DNA of 32,000 nucleotides from positions 1 through 32,000 of the forward strand of contig DASQZT010000132.1 in assembly GCA_035638575.1 (NCBI GenBank), given 5' to 3'. The position numbers and the translations under genes are program-made. This DNA comes from Bryobacteraceae bacterium (GTDB lineage: Bacteria > Acidobacteriota > Terriglobia > Bryobacterales > Bryobacteraceae). Positions 23,939-31,707 of this stretch are shown here, piece by piece (the stretch's first letter is position 1; every line of letters starts with the position of its first letter). The notes beneath the pieces were generated by a model that did no database searches, was not told where the DNA came from, and saw only the letters and a program-made list of their open reading frames with translations.

Positions 23939-25045
23939 ATGTTAACGGTTCGAGTGATTGCCGCGGGTGCGCTGTGGGCCTCGAGCGTGCTTGCCGCCAC
24001 CATCATTCCGGGTGACGCGCGCCGCGGCGAGGAGCTGTTCACCAGCGAGCAGTGCATCCAGTGCCATAGCCTGAACGGCAAGGGCGGCGCGCTGGCGCCC
24101 GACCTGGCGCGCCGCGTGGACCGCGAGTTCACTCCTTCGGTGATGGCCAGTCTCATGTGGAATCACGCGCCCGACATGTGGGCCGCGATGAAGAAGCAGG
24201 GCATCGTCAAGGGCACGCTGAGCCAGGAAGCGGCGGCCGACCTGTTCGCCTATTTCGTTTCCGCGCATTATTTCGAAAAGCCGGGCGACGCCGGGCGCGG
24301 CAAGCAGATCTTCGCCGCCAAGCACTGCGCCGGGTGCCACGGCATCGCCACGTCGAACGCGGCAGGCGCGCCTCCCGTGGCCAAGTGGGAGTCGCTGGCC
24401 GATCCCATTGTGATGGCGCAGCAGATGTGGAACCACGGCGCGCAGATGCGCGGCGCCTTCTCCCAGAAGAAGATACCCTGGGTGGCGCTGACCGCGCAGG
24501 AACTCACCGATATGCTGGTGTACCTGCAAAACCTGCCGGAAACCCGCCACCTGGCGCAGAATTTCGAGTTCCCGCCGACGAATTCGGGCGAGTCGCTGTT
24601 CCAGAGCAAGGGCTGCGCGGGCTGCCACAAAGGCTCGCTGGCGCTCGAGAACCGCCTGCACAACAAGACCCTGACGGAGATCGCGGTGGACATGTGGGAC
24701 CACCAGCCCAAGATGAAGAATCCGCCGCCCACGCTCTCCCAGGAGGAGATGCGCCAGCTCCTGGCCTACGTCTGGGCGCGCCAGTATTTCCGCGGCGAGG
24801 GCAACAGCGGCCGCGGCAAAAAGGTGTTCTCCGAAAAGAGCTGCGCCACCTGCCACAACGACGCGTCGAGCGGAGCCCCCACGCTGAGCAAGGGCAAGGA
24901 CGCCTACTCGGCCATCACCCTGGTGTCCGCGCTGTGGGAACACGGGCCGCGCATGCTCGACCTGATGGGCCGCAGGAATCTGCCCTGGCCGCGCTTCACC
25001 GCGCCGCAGATGTCCGACCTGATCGCCTACCTGAACTCGCTGTAA
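23939..25045 (+). CDS. Secreted tetraheme protein built from four tandem class-I cytochrome c domains
   Basis: Four CXXCH sites (CIQCH, CAGCH, CAGCH, CATCH). Each is followed ~30-40 aa later by [ML]W[NDE]H (MWNH, MWNH, MWDH, LWEH) and ends in an L-x-AY[LFV] helix. Signal peptide MLTVRVIAAGALWASSVLA. Starts 9 nt after the mtrB stop. Confidence 0.85.
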   Translation: MLTVRVIAAGALWASSVLAATIIPGDARRGEELFTSEQCIQCHSLNGKGGALAPDLARRVDREFTPSVMASLMWNHAPDMWAAMKKQGIVKGTLSQEAAADLFAYFVSAHYFEKPGDAGRGKQIFAAKHCAGCHGIATSNAAGAPPVAKWESLADPIVMAQQMWNHGAQMRGAFSQKKIPWVALTAQELTDMLVYLQNLPETRHLAQNFEFPPTNSGESLFQSKGCAGCHKGSLALENRLHNKTLTEIAVDMWDHQPKMKNPPPTLSQEEMRQLLAYVWARQYFRGEGNSGRGKKVFSEKSCATCHNDASSGAPTLSKGKDAYSAITLVSALWEHGPRMLDLMGRRNLPWPRFTAPQMSDLIAYLNSL

Positions 25046-25051
25046 GGGTGG

Positions 25052-25069
25052 GGCAGGCTTCAGCCTGCC
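25052..25069 (+). terminator. Hairpin after the cytochrome cluster (GGCAGGC-TTCA-GCCTGCC)
   Basis: Perfect 7-bp stem with a 4-nt loop, 7 nt after the stop. The downstream T-run is weak (GTTTCT). Confidence 0.4.
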
Positions 25070-25082
25070 AACGTTTCTCCCC

Positions 25083-25117
25083 TTGACGCAAGTGATATAG
25101 TGATATATATCACTATA
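25083..25117 (+). promoter_or_regulatory. Promoter-like TTGACG / TATAT region overlapped by a 22-bp perfect palindrome (candidate YtrA-type operator)
   Basis: TTGACG at 25083-25088, with TATATC 17 nt downstream. The palindrome TATAGTGATATATATCACTATA at 25096-25117 ends 1 nt before the GTG start of the GntR gene. GTGATATA also occurs as a tandem direct repeat. Confidence 0.6.
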
Positions 25118-25118
25118 G

Positions 25119-25526
25119 GTGCAGATCACCGTCAATCCCTCCGACGAACTGCCGATCTACCGGCAGATGATGCGGCAGATCATCGAGGCGATCGCCGGCG
25201 GGAGATTGAAGGCCGGCGAGAAGCTGCCCTCGCACCGCGAGCTGAGCGAGCGGATCGTAGTTGCGCCGCTCACCGTGAAGAAGGCCTACGACGAGCTGGA
25301 AGCGCTTGGCTTCCTCGAAACGCAGCGCGGGCGCGGCACCTTTGTTTGCCTCGCGCTGCCTGAAATCGACCGTGAAGACCAGCTCCAACGCATCCGCCAG
25401 GATGGCCGCAAACTGCTTTCGCAGGCTCACCTTGCCGGCCTCCGTTTCTCCGAGCTGGTGGACCTCCTCCGAAGCGCCAACCGGGAACTGACTGGCGGCG
25501 CGCGCGACCAGAAAGAGACAGTATGA
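25119..25526 (+). CDS. GntR-family transcriptional regulator, YtrA-like short subfamily
   Basis: PIYRQMMRQIIEAIAGGRLKAGEKLPSHRELSERIVVAPLTVKKAYDELEALGFLETQRGRGTFV is a GntR wHTH. The short helical C-terminus is typical of YtrA-type regulators linked to ABC transporters. Confidence 0.88.
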   Translation: MQITVNPSDELPIYRQMMRQIIEAIAGGRLKAGEKLPSHRELSERIVVAPLTVKKAYDELEALGFLETQRGRGTFVCLALPEIDREDQLQRIRQDGRKLLSQAHLAGLRFSELVDLLRSANRELTGGARDQKETV

Positions 25527-26431
25527 CCCCTGTTCTTGAATTTCGGAACGTCTCCAGATCCTTTCAGAAAGGCGTGCCGGTCCTCGACGATGTCAGCTTC
25601 TCGATGGCCGAAGGCGAAGTGGTCGGCTTGCTGGGCCGCAACGGCGCGGGCAAGACCACGCTCATCCACATCGCCATGGGGTTGCTCTCCACGCACGGCG
25701 GCGCGGTGCGCGTCTTCGGCGTCTCGCCCTTCGACGACCCGGTCGCGGTCAAGCGGCGCGTCGGCTTCGTTTCCGAGGAGCAGGTCCTCCCGCCGCGATC
25801 CACCATCGCCGAGCTGATCGCATTTCACCGCTACCTCTTCGCCCGGTGGGACGACGCGCTGGAACGCCAGCTTCTGGACCGCTTTGCGCTTTCGCCATCC
25901 TCCAGGATCCACCGCCTGAGCAAGGGCCAGGCGCGTCAGGCCGCGTTGCTGTGCGCGGTGTGCCACCGCCCCGAATTGCTCCTGCTGGACGAGCCCGCCG
26001 GCGGCCTGGACCCCGTAGCCCGGCGCGAGTTCCTGGAGACCTCGATTCAATTGCTGAACCGCGAGGGCACGGCGATCCTGTTCTCCTCGCACCAGATGGG
26101 CGACGTGGAGCGCATCGGCGGACGCATCGTTCTCCTGAACGAGGGCAAGGTGCGCATCGATCGCGATCTCGACCGCATTCGCGAGGACGTCTGCGTCGCC
26201 ATGATCCCGCGCGCTTCGGTTCCGGACGCCGCCCGATTCGAAAGCCTTCCCGGCTGTCTCCGTGTCCGCGCGGTATTCGACGACTGGCACGTCGTGGTGG
26301 AAGGAGACCCCGACGCCGTGCGCGGCCGGTTGACGGCCTTGTCGCCCGCCAACAACATTCGATGCGTGCGGGTTCCGCTCGAAGAGTTGTTTATCGAGTT
26401 GGTGGGTGGGGAGCGCGAGAGGACGCCATGA
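25523..26431 (+). CDS. ABC transporter ATP-binding protein
   Basis: Walker A GRNGAGKTT, signature LSKGQARQ, Walker B LLLDEPAGGLD. ATGA overlap with the GntR stop. Confidence 0.92.
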   Translation: MTPVLEFRNVSRSFQKGVPVLDDVSFSMAEGEVVGLLGRNGAGKTTLIHIAMGLLSTHGGAVRVFGVSPFDDPVAVKRRVGFVSEEQVLPPRSTIAELIAFHRYLFARWDDALERQLLDRFALSPSSRIHRLSKGQARQAALLCAVCHRPELLLLDEPAGGLDPVARREFLETSIQLLNREGTAILFSSHQMGDVERIGGRIVLLNEGKVRIDRDLDRIREDVCVAMIPRASVPDAARFESLPGCLRVRAVFDDWHVVVEGDPDAVRGRLTALSPANNIRCVRVPLEELFIELVGGERERTP

Positions 26432-27669
26432 TCTACCAACTCATTCGGCGCGACCCGGCGTGGAAGGCCTTGCGATGGCTCGCGCTGGTAACCGCCGTGG
26501 TCTGGGCCTGGCCCGGGCCGATCGGCCAGCTCGGCGCGCTGATGGCGATGATGGGTCTCTTCGGCGGGATGCCGCACCGGCGCGCCAGCCGGTTCGAGGC
26601 GGCATTGCCGATTGAAGCCCGCGATCTTCTTCTGGCGCGCACGCTTTCCCTGATGGCGGTGATTTGGATACCGGCGCTCTCGGGCGCCGCGGGCATCGTC
26701 GCCGTGAGAGGGTTTTCGGCGTTGGCGGCGAGGCCGCTGGCGGTGGGAGCCCTGTGTACCCTAATGGCCGCCGTGGCGCAGACCGCCTGGCTGAAGGAAC
26801 TCGCCGGGCCGCAGTGGATCCTCTATCCTCTTTTCGTGGTGGTACCGGCCGCCGGCGCGCTGATGGCGGAGCATCCGGTCGCACTGGTCCCGCCGCTTTG
26901 CGCTTTGGCTGGCGTTGGGCTCTTCGTCCGGGCCTGGGCAGCCGTTCCACGGTCGTTCCAGGTGAGCAGTGCGGGTCTCGAGGTGGCTGGGCGGGCCGGG
27001 AGGCCTGCCCCACTTGCGGCACTCCGTTGGGCGCCGGTCTGGCGATCGGTCTGTTCCTGGCAGTACCTGTTTTTCGTCACCATGATGGGCGTTCAAACGG
27101 CCAGCGGCCAATGGCTGTTGACCCCTTTCTGGCTGTTGATCGCCTGGGCGGGTCCGCGCACGAGGACAAGCTGGCTGTGGGCGCTTCCGGTTGGAAGGCG
27201 CGCTCTTTTGTGGACCATGATGGGGCCGATACTCGCCGCGCACGTGCTGGGATATCTTGCCGGCTTCCGCGTCCATCGGCACGCGGCTCCGGTTTCCGAA
27301 CCCCGGGTCGTGGCCGTCACGCTGGCGGCCATTCTCGGTTGGGTGATGCTGACGATCCTGTTCTGTGTGCTCGCCGACTGGCGAGGCTTCGCCCGCATCC
27401 CGCGCCGGATCCTCACCACCGTTTTTCTTTCGCTCGCCGGACTCTGGTATGTGGCGAGCCTTGCCGCGCTGTTCTTCGCGCCGCACGGCGCCACGTGGGG
27501 GCGGGACGCCCTGGCGCAATTCGGCCGCACGGCGCCCATGGGCTTGCCCGCGCTGATCGCGGCCGCAGCGGCGGTTTTGATCGCACTCTACTGGGCAGTC
27601 GAGAAGGTGTTCAGCGAGCCCGATTTTGCGGACAAGCCCAGGGTGAGCCAGCCCGACGCATTTGCATGA
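26428..27669 (+). CDS. Polytopic membrane protein coupled to the ABC ATPase (putative permease component)
   Basis: ATGA overlap with the ATPase stop. About 10-12 hydrophobic helices across 413 aa. No recognisable named family. Confidence 0.7.
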   Translation: MIYQLIRRDPAWKALRWLALVTAVVWAWPGPIGQLGALMAMMGLFGGMPHRRASRFEAALPIEARDLLLARTLSLMAVIWIPALSGAAGIVAVRGFSALAARPLAVGALCTLMAAVAQTAWLKELAGPQWILYPLFVVVPAAGALMAEHPVALVPPLCALAGVGLFVRAWAAVPRSFQVSSAGLEVAGRAGRPAPLAALRWAPVWRSVCSWQYLFFVTMMGVQTASGQWLLTPFWLLIAWAGPRTRTSWLWALPVGRRALLWTMMGPILAAHVLGYLAGFRVHRHAAPVSEPRVVAVTLAAILGWVMLTILFCVLADWRGFARIPRRILTTVFLSLAGLWYVASLAALFFAPHGATWGRDALAQFGRTAPMGLPALIAAAAAVLIALYWAVEKVFSEPDFADKPRVSQPDAFA

Positions 27670-27690
27670 AACGCCTGTGAAGAAATGGGG

Positions 27691-27721
27691 CCGCCGCTCG
27701 GAATCGGGAGCGCAGCGGCGG
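27691..27721. terminator. GC hairpin between convergent genes (CCGCCGCT-N15-AGCGGCGG)
   Basis: 8-bp stem between the permease stop (27669) and the membrane-protein stop (27738). No clear U-tract. Confidence 0.3.
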
Positions 27722-27737
27722 GCGGAGTGACACGCAC

Positions 27738-28772
27738 TTAGCCCAACTGCAGCGCTTCGCGGAGGCCGGGGTCGTGGCGCACGCGCCAGATGCGGCTGTC
27801 CAGGTAGTAGTGGGTGAGGCCGAAACCGCAGAAGAAACCGAAGGCCAGATCCGATACCTGGCCGAGCATGAAGCCGGGCACGCGGTACAGCAGGCTGAAA
27901 ACCAGGCCCATGGCGGCATATGCCAGCAGGCTGCGGCCGACCGCCGATGGAATCCGTCCATGCTGGACCTCGCCGCCGCTCACGCCGTAGCGGTTCCGGT
28001 TGTGGAACCAGACGATGGCGTGATATTGCAGGTTGTGCACCACCGTCACCGTCGGCACGGCCGCCTGCCAGCTCATATAGGCGAACGTGAGCCAGTGCAG
28101 CGGAATGATGGCCGCCAGCAGGAGGTATTTGGGCACGCTCGGGGACTCGCCCGCGCGAAACCGCATCCACTGGCGCGCCAGATAGACTGCGGCGACCGCG
28201 AACACCGCGGCCCACAGCGGCATCTCGAGCTTCGCCAGCGAGAGGTGCAGGCCCAACTCCTCGGGATGATGGAGGAAGAACCGGTGGAACGGAGGGAACA
28301 CCATCATCACCCCGAGGAATACGCGATCCAGCGTGTTGTCCAGCGGGGCCAGGTCGCGGCTCTTGACCTTGTACAGCACCATGAACCCATAGTGCTGGCG
28401 AACCACGTGGTAGTAGGCCCACACGCCCACCAGCAGCGCCAGCCAGCCTTTGGCGCCCACCAGCACCATCGCCGGGCCCAGCGAAAAGAAGACCAGCAGG
28501 CTGCCGAACAGAAGCTTCCGCTGGCGCGCGCGCGCTTCGCGGTCGAAAAACGTGCGCGACGCGGTTCCGAAAATGTGGGTGCCATCGAAACCCACCGACC
28601 AGAACCACCACAGCAGCGTGACCGGCACGTGGAACGCCGTATAGAGAAGCAGGTACAGGTAGCCGGCAAGAGCGCTGCCGATCACCAGGGACAGGTCCAC
28701 ATTCCGGCTGATGATCCAGGGAGATTTGCGGCTCGCGCGCGGCGGCGCGGCCATTGGGGCAACGGCGGCCAT
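27738..28772 (-). CDS. Polytopic membrane protein with conserved-looking His motifs (unknown family)
   Basis: About 9 hydrophobic helices, with the motifs WAYYHVVRQHYG, VVHNLQYHAIVWFHNR and GLTHYYLDSRIWRVRHDP. Starts 10 nt after the oxidoreductase stop, so an operon is likely. The start is uncertain (ATG 28772 or 28754). Confidence 0.65.
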   Translation of the reverse strand: MAAVAPMAAPPRASRKSPWIISRNVDLSLVIGSALAGYLYLLLYTAFHVPVTLLWWFWSVGFDGTHIFGTASRTFFDREARARQRKLLFGSLLVFFSLGPAMVLVGAKGWLALLVGVWAYYHVVRQHYGFMVLYKVKSRDLAPLDNTLDRVFLGVMMVFPPFHRFFLHHPEELGLHLSLAKLEMPLWAAVFAVAAVYLARQWMRFRAGESPSVPKYLLLAAIIPLHWLTFAYMSWQAAVPTVTVVHNLQYHAIVWFHNRNRYGVSGGEVQHGRIPSAVGRSLLAYAAMGLVFSLLYRVPGFMLGQVSDLAFGFFCGFGLTHYYLDSRIWRVRHDPGLREALQLG

Positions 28773-28782
28773 GCGGTTCCGA

Positions 28783-30060
28783 TCAGGCGAAATGGTAATT
28801 GTTGGCGGCTTCGTCCCAGATGATCTTCTTCTGGTTCTTGAAAGCAAGGGTCGCCATGTGTCCGGAGATCGCGGCCTGCTGTCCGATGGGCGGAGGCGCG
28901 ATGGGCTTCTCGTTGCCGAGAATCGACTGTATGAAGTTCTTGAAATGGTTGATGACGCCGTCGACCTCGCCGAAGTCGGCCTTGCCGTTGAGGTGGATCG
29001 GCTGGCGCGCCGCGACCTTGGGCGGCGCCTTCCCCGCGAAGGTCTCCGGAGTGAAGTAGAGGTCCTGGCGGTTCATCACTTCGATGGTGCCTTCGTTGCC
29101 GCACAACTGCTCGCCGTAGCCGTAGTGGACGTTGCCGAAGTAGCAACTGTAGTTGATCTGCAACTTGTCGGCATATTCGTAGACCGCGCTGAGGGTGTCG
29201 GGCACGTCGCGGTCGTCGGTCTTGTCGGTCCAGCGGTAAATGCCGCCGGAGGCCATGCACGAGCGGGGCACCGTCTTGCTCAGCATGAAGTTGACGATAT
29301 CGGTCTGGTGCACCAGCAGGTCGGTGGAGATGCCGCCGGAATAGTCCCAGTAGAGGCGCCACTGGAAGTAGCGGTGGGAATCCCACGGCCGCTTGGGCGC
29401 GGCGCCGAGGAAACGGTTCCAGTCGGTGTTCTGGGGCGTGGCTTCGGGCGGGATGACGTAGCGCCAGGCGGGATCGTTGTCGAGCGAGTTGCGGTACCAG
29501 AAAGCGCGCACGTAATGCACGTCGCCGATCATGCCCTGCTGCACCAGCTCCTTGGCCTTCTTGTAAAGTGAGGAACTCCGGTTCTGCGTGCCGACCTGCA
29601 TGATCTTGCCGGACTTCTCCCATTCTTTGACGATGTCGAAGCCCTCGGCGATGGTGTGGGCCAGGGGCTTCTCGACGTAGACGTGCTTGCCGGCGCGGAG
29701 CGCGGCGATGGCCATGTCGTGGTGCAGATGCTCGGGCGTCATGATGAACACGGCGTCGATGGACTTGTCGGCCAGAAGCTCGCGGTAATCGACATAGGTG
29801 GCAGGCGTGCTGCCCCAGATGGTCTGCATGCGGTCCTTGGCGCGGGCGATGTAGCCCTGATAGGTATCGCAGATCGCGGTGATTTTGACGTCGTTGGGCT
29901 GCGCCGTGTGCATCCAGTCGAGCGCGGCATAGCCCCGCGTGCCCACTCCGATCCATCCGATGTTGACTTTGTCGTTGGCCGCGCGCCCCGACACGATGGC
30001 TGGCCCGGCCGCCAGCGCCGCCGCTTTCAGAAAGTTCCGGCGATTGAATTCGTCCGCCAT
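28783..30060 (-). CDS. Tat-exported Gfo/Idh/MocA-family NAD(P)-dependent oxidoreductase
   Basis: Twin-arginine signal MADEFNRRNFLKAAALAAGPAIVSG, Rossmann start VNIGWIGVGTRG, and the EKP motif HVYVEKPLAH. GGAGG lies 5 nt before ATG 30060. Confidence 0.9.
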   Translation of the reverse strand: MADEFNRRNFLKAAALAAGPAIVSGRAANDKVNIGWIGVGTRGYAALDWMHTAQPNDVKITAICDTYQGYIARAKDRMQTIWGSTPATYVDYRELLADKSIDAVFIMTPEHLHHDMAIAALRAGKHVYVEKPLAHTIAEGFDIVKEWEKSGKIMQVGTQNRSSSLYKKAKELVQQGMIGDVHYVRAFWYRNSLDNDPAWRYVIPPEATPQNTDWNRFLGAAPKRPWDSHRYFQWRLYWDYSGGISTDLLVHQTDIVNFMLSKTVPRSCMASGGIYRWTDKTDDRDVPDTLSAVYEYADKLQINYSCYFGNVHYGYGEQLCGNEGTIEVMNRQDLYFTPETFAGKAPPKVAARQPIHLNGKADFGEVDGVINHFKNFIQSILGNEKPIAPPPIGQQAAISGHMATLAFKNQKKIIWDEAANNYHFA

Positions 30061-30092
30061 TAGGACCTCCACACCCGATGATACCAGTTGGA

Positions 30093-30118
30093 GGGAGGGG
30101 GGCCGGGGGGCTGGGGGG
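30093..30118 (+). other. G-quadruplex-type motif (GGG-A-GGGGGG-CC-GGGGGG-CT-GGGGGG)
   Basis: Four G-runs of 3-6 with 1-2 nt loops, read directly from the plus strand. The motif lies 33-58 nt upstream of the minus-strand oxidoreductase start. Confidence 0.3.
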
Positions 30119-30318
30119 ATGGTTCCCTCCACGCCGCCAAAAGCGGGCGGCTCCCCCCACCAGAGGGGTCTTGAACCGCTCCGCCAAAGCCCCCCTTGTG
30201 CATCTCCCCAAAAACGAAGACCGGCGAACGTTTACGCCACTGGCACCGAGCGTTCGGCTGACAGAGCCTTCTTTTCTCCGACTATTCCTTGGTACGATTG
30301 AGTTGGAGCCGGGACGAA

Positions 30319-30552
30319 ATGAAACGCCAGACAACATCGCCGGGTGAAGCGACACCGGCGCCGCCCCTCGCGCAGCCGGCGAGCAACGGTTCCATCGACA
30401 CAGCTACACTGGAACTCTTCGCCGGCTGGAGGCTTGAAGACTCCACGCAGAACCCGGAAGACATTCGATCCGCAGAGCAAGAGCTGGCCGAGTTCAAGGG
30501 AGCGATGAACGAAGCCCGGGCGGCGGCAGGGGAGCCTCTCCTCTATCCGTGA
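30319..30552 (+). CDS. Putative antitoxin partner of the downstream PIN protein
   Basis: 77-aa ORF whose stop overlaps the PIN start (GTGA). It has a disordered N-terminus and a helical C-terminus (DIRSAEQELAEFKGAMNEARAAAGEPLLYP). No named family was recognised. Confidence 0.55.
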   Translation: MKRQTTSPGEATPAPPLAQPASNGSIDTATLELFAGWRLEDSTQNPEDIRSAEQELAEFKGAMNEARAAAGEPLLYP

Positions 30553-31010
30553 GCCAGGTTCTCTTTCTCGATTCGGGCCCCCTCGGTCTTCTCACCCACC
30601 CACAGCGCAGCGCCGAAGTTGTCGCTGTCACGGAATGGCTCTCCCGTTGTCCTCTGAGCGGAAGCCGCGTCTTCGTTCCGGCCATTGTCTATTACGAACT
30701 TAAGCGCGAACTCTTGCGGGCGAAGAAAACGTTCAGCATCGGCCGGCTCGACGCATTCATCAATGCAACACCAGGGCGCTACGTCCCACTGTCCGATGAA
30801 GCCCTGCGGCTGGCGGCCGAGTTGTGGGCGAAGGCACGGCAGGAGGGACAACCGACCGCAGATCCGAAAGCCATCGACATTGATGTGATCATTGCCGCGC
30901 AGGCTCTTGCCTTTGGAGCCCCTTCATCCTACCTGCTGATTGCGACCACGAATCCAAAGCACTTGTCCCAGTTCACCGCCGCGAAGCACTGGAACGAAAT
31001 CCATCCTTGA
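30549..31010 (+). CDS. PIN-domain ribonuclease (VapC-like toxin)
   Basis: VLFLDSGPLGLL carries the first acidic residue. YYELKRELL, DIDVIIAAQA and LIATTNPKHL fit the PIN acidic quartet layout. Confidence 0.85.
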   Translation: MSQVLFLDSGPLGLLTHPQRSAEVVAVTEWLSRCPLSGSRVFVPAIVYYELKRELLRAKKTFSIGRLDAFINATPGRYVPLSDEALRLAAELWAKARQEGQPTADPKAIDIDVIIAAQALAFGAPSSYLLIATTNPKHLSQFTAAKHWNEIHP

Positions 31011-31020
31011 CGCCAAGAGC

Positions 31021-31707
31021 TTATTCCGAGCCCTCTACCGGCTCGGTAAAAGAAACGGTAAGCGACTGGGTAACCAGAGGTGAGAGCGCCCGCAGATCGT
31101 CCACCCAGTAATCGGGTTCGTATTTCGCCAGAGCTTCGGGTTGGCCGTAGCCGTAGCGCACCGCGCAGGTTTTCACTCCGGCGCGCTTGCCGGCTTCCAT
31201 GTCGGCGGGGGAATCGCCGACCATGAGGCACTCCTCGGGATCGGCGCCCAGGGCGGCGAGCGCGGTCAGGATGACGTCGGGCGCGGGCTTACAGGGGAAA
31301 CCGTCGGTGCCCTGCACGTGGTCGAAAAAACGGATCAGGCCGAACTGCTCCAGGATGGCCCGCGTCGTGGGCGTGCCCTTCGTGGTGGCCGTCCCCTTGC
31401 GGCCGGGGAGCGCCGCCAGCGCCTCCGGCACGCCGGGATAGACGTGCGTTTGCGTGTGCCCACGCGCCAGATAGATGGCGCGGTATTGACGGATGAGCTC
31501 ATCGACCTGGGTGGCGCCGTAGTGCGGAAGAACGTCGGTGAACAGGTCGATCAGGTGCAGGCCGATGTAGCCTTTCAGAAACTCGAAGGTGACGGGAGAG
31601 CAATCGGTGGTTTCGAGCACCTGCTGGACCGCGCCGCAAATGTCGCGGGCCGAGTCCAGCAGCGTGCCGTCGATGTCGAACAGGTAGACCGGAAACGCGG
31701 GAATCAC
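31021..31707 (-). CDS. HAD-superfamily hydrolase, phosphoglycolate-phosphatase-like
   Basis: Motif I YLFDIDGTLLDS, motif II GTATTKG, motif IV MVGDSPADMEAG. The start overlaps the ftsH stop. Confidence 0.88.
   Translation of the reverse strand: MIPAFPVYLFDIDGTLLDSARDICGAVQQVLETTDCSPVTFEFLKGYIGLHLIDLFTDVLPHYGATQVDELIRQYRAIYLARGHTQTHVYPGVPEALAALPGRKGTATTKGTPTTRAILEQFGLIRFFDHVQGTDGFPCKPAPDVILTALAALGADPEECLMVGDSPADMEAGKRAGVKTCAVRYGYGQPEALAKYEPDYWVDDLRALSPLVTQSLTVSFTEPVEGSE

Noticed and set aside
26761-30355. Long minus/plus shadow ORFs (26761-28611, 27774-28823, 28682-30355, 25846-26427 extension)
   Set aside because: R/P/G-rich translations overlap better-supported genes in other frames or strands. 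The N-terminal extension of the permease ORF overlaps the ABC ATPase out of frame.
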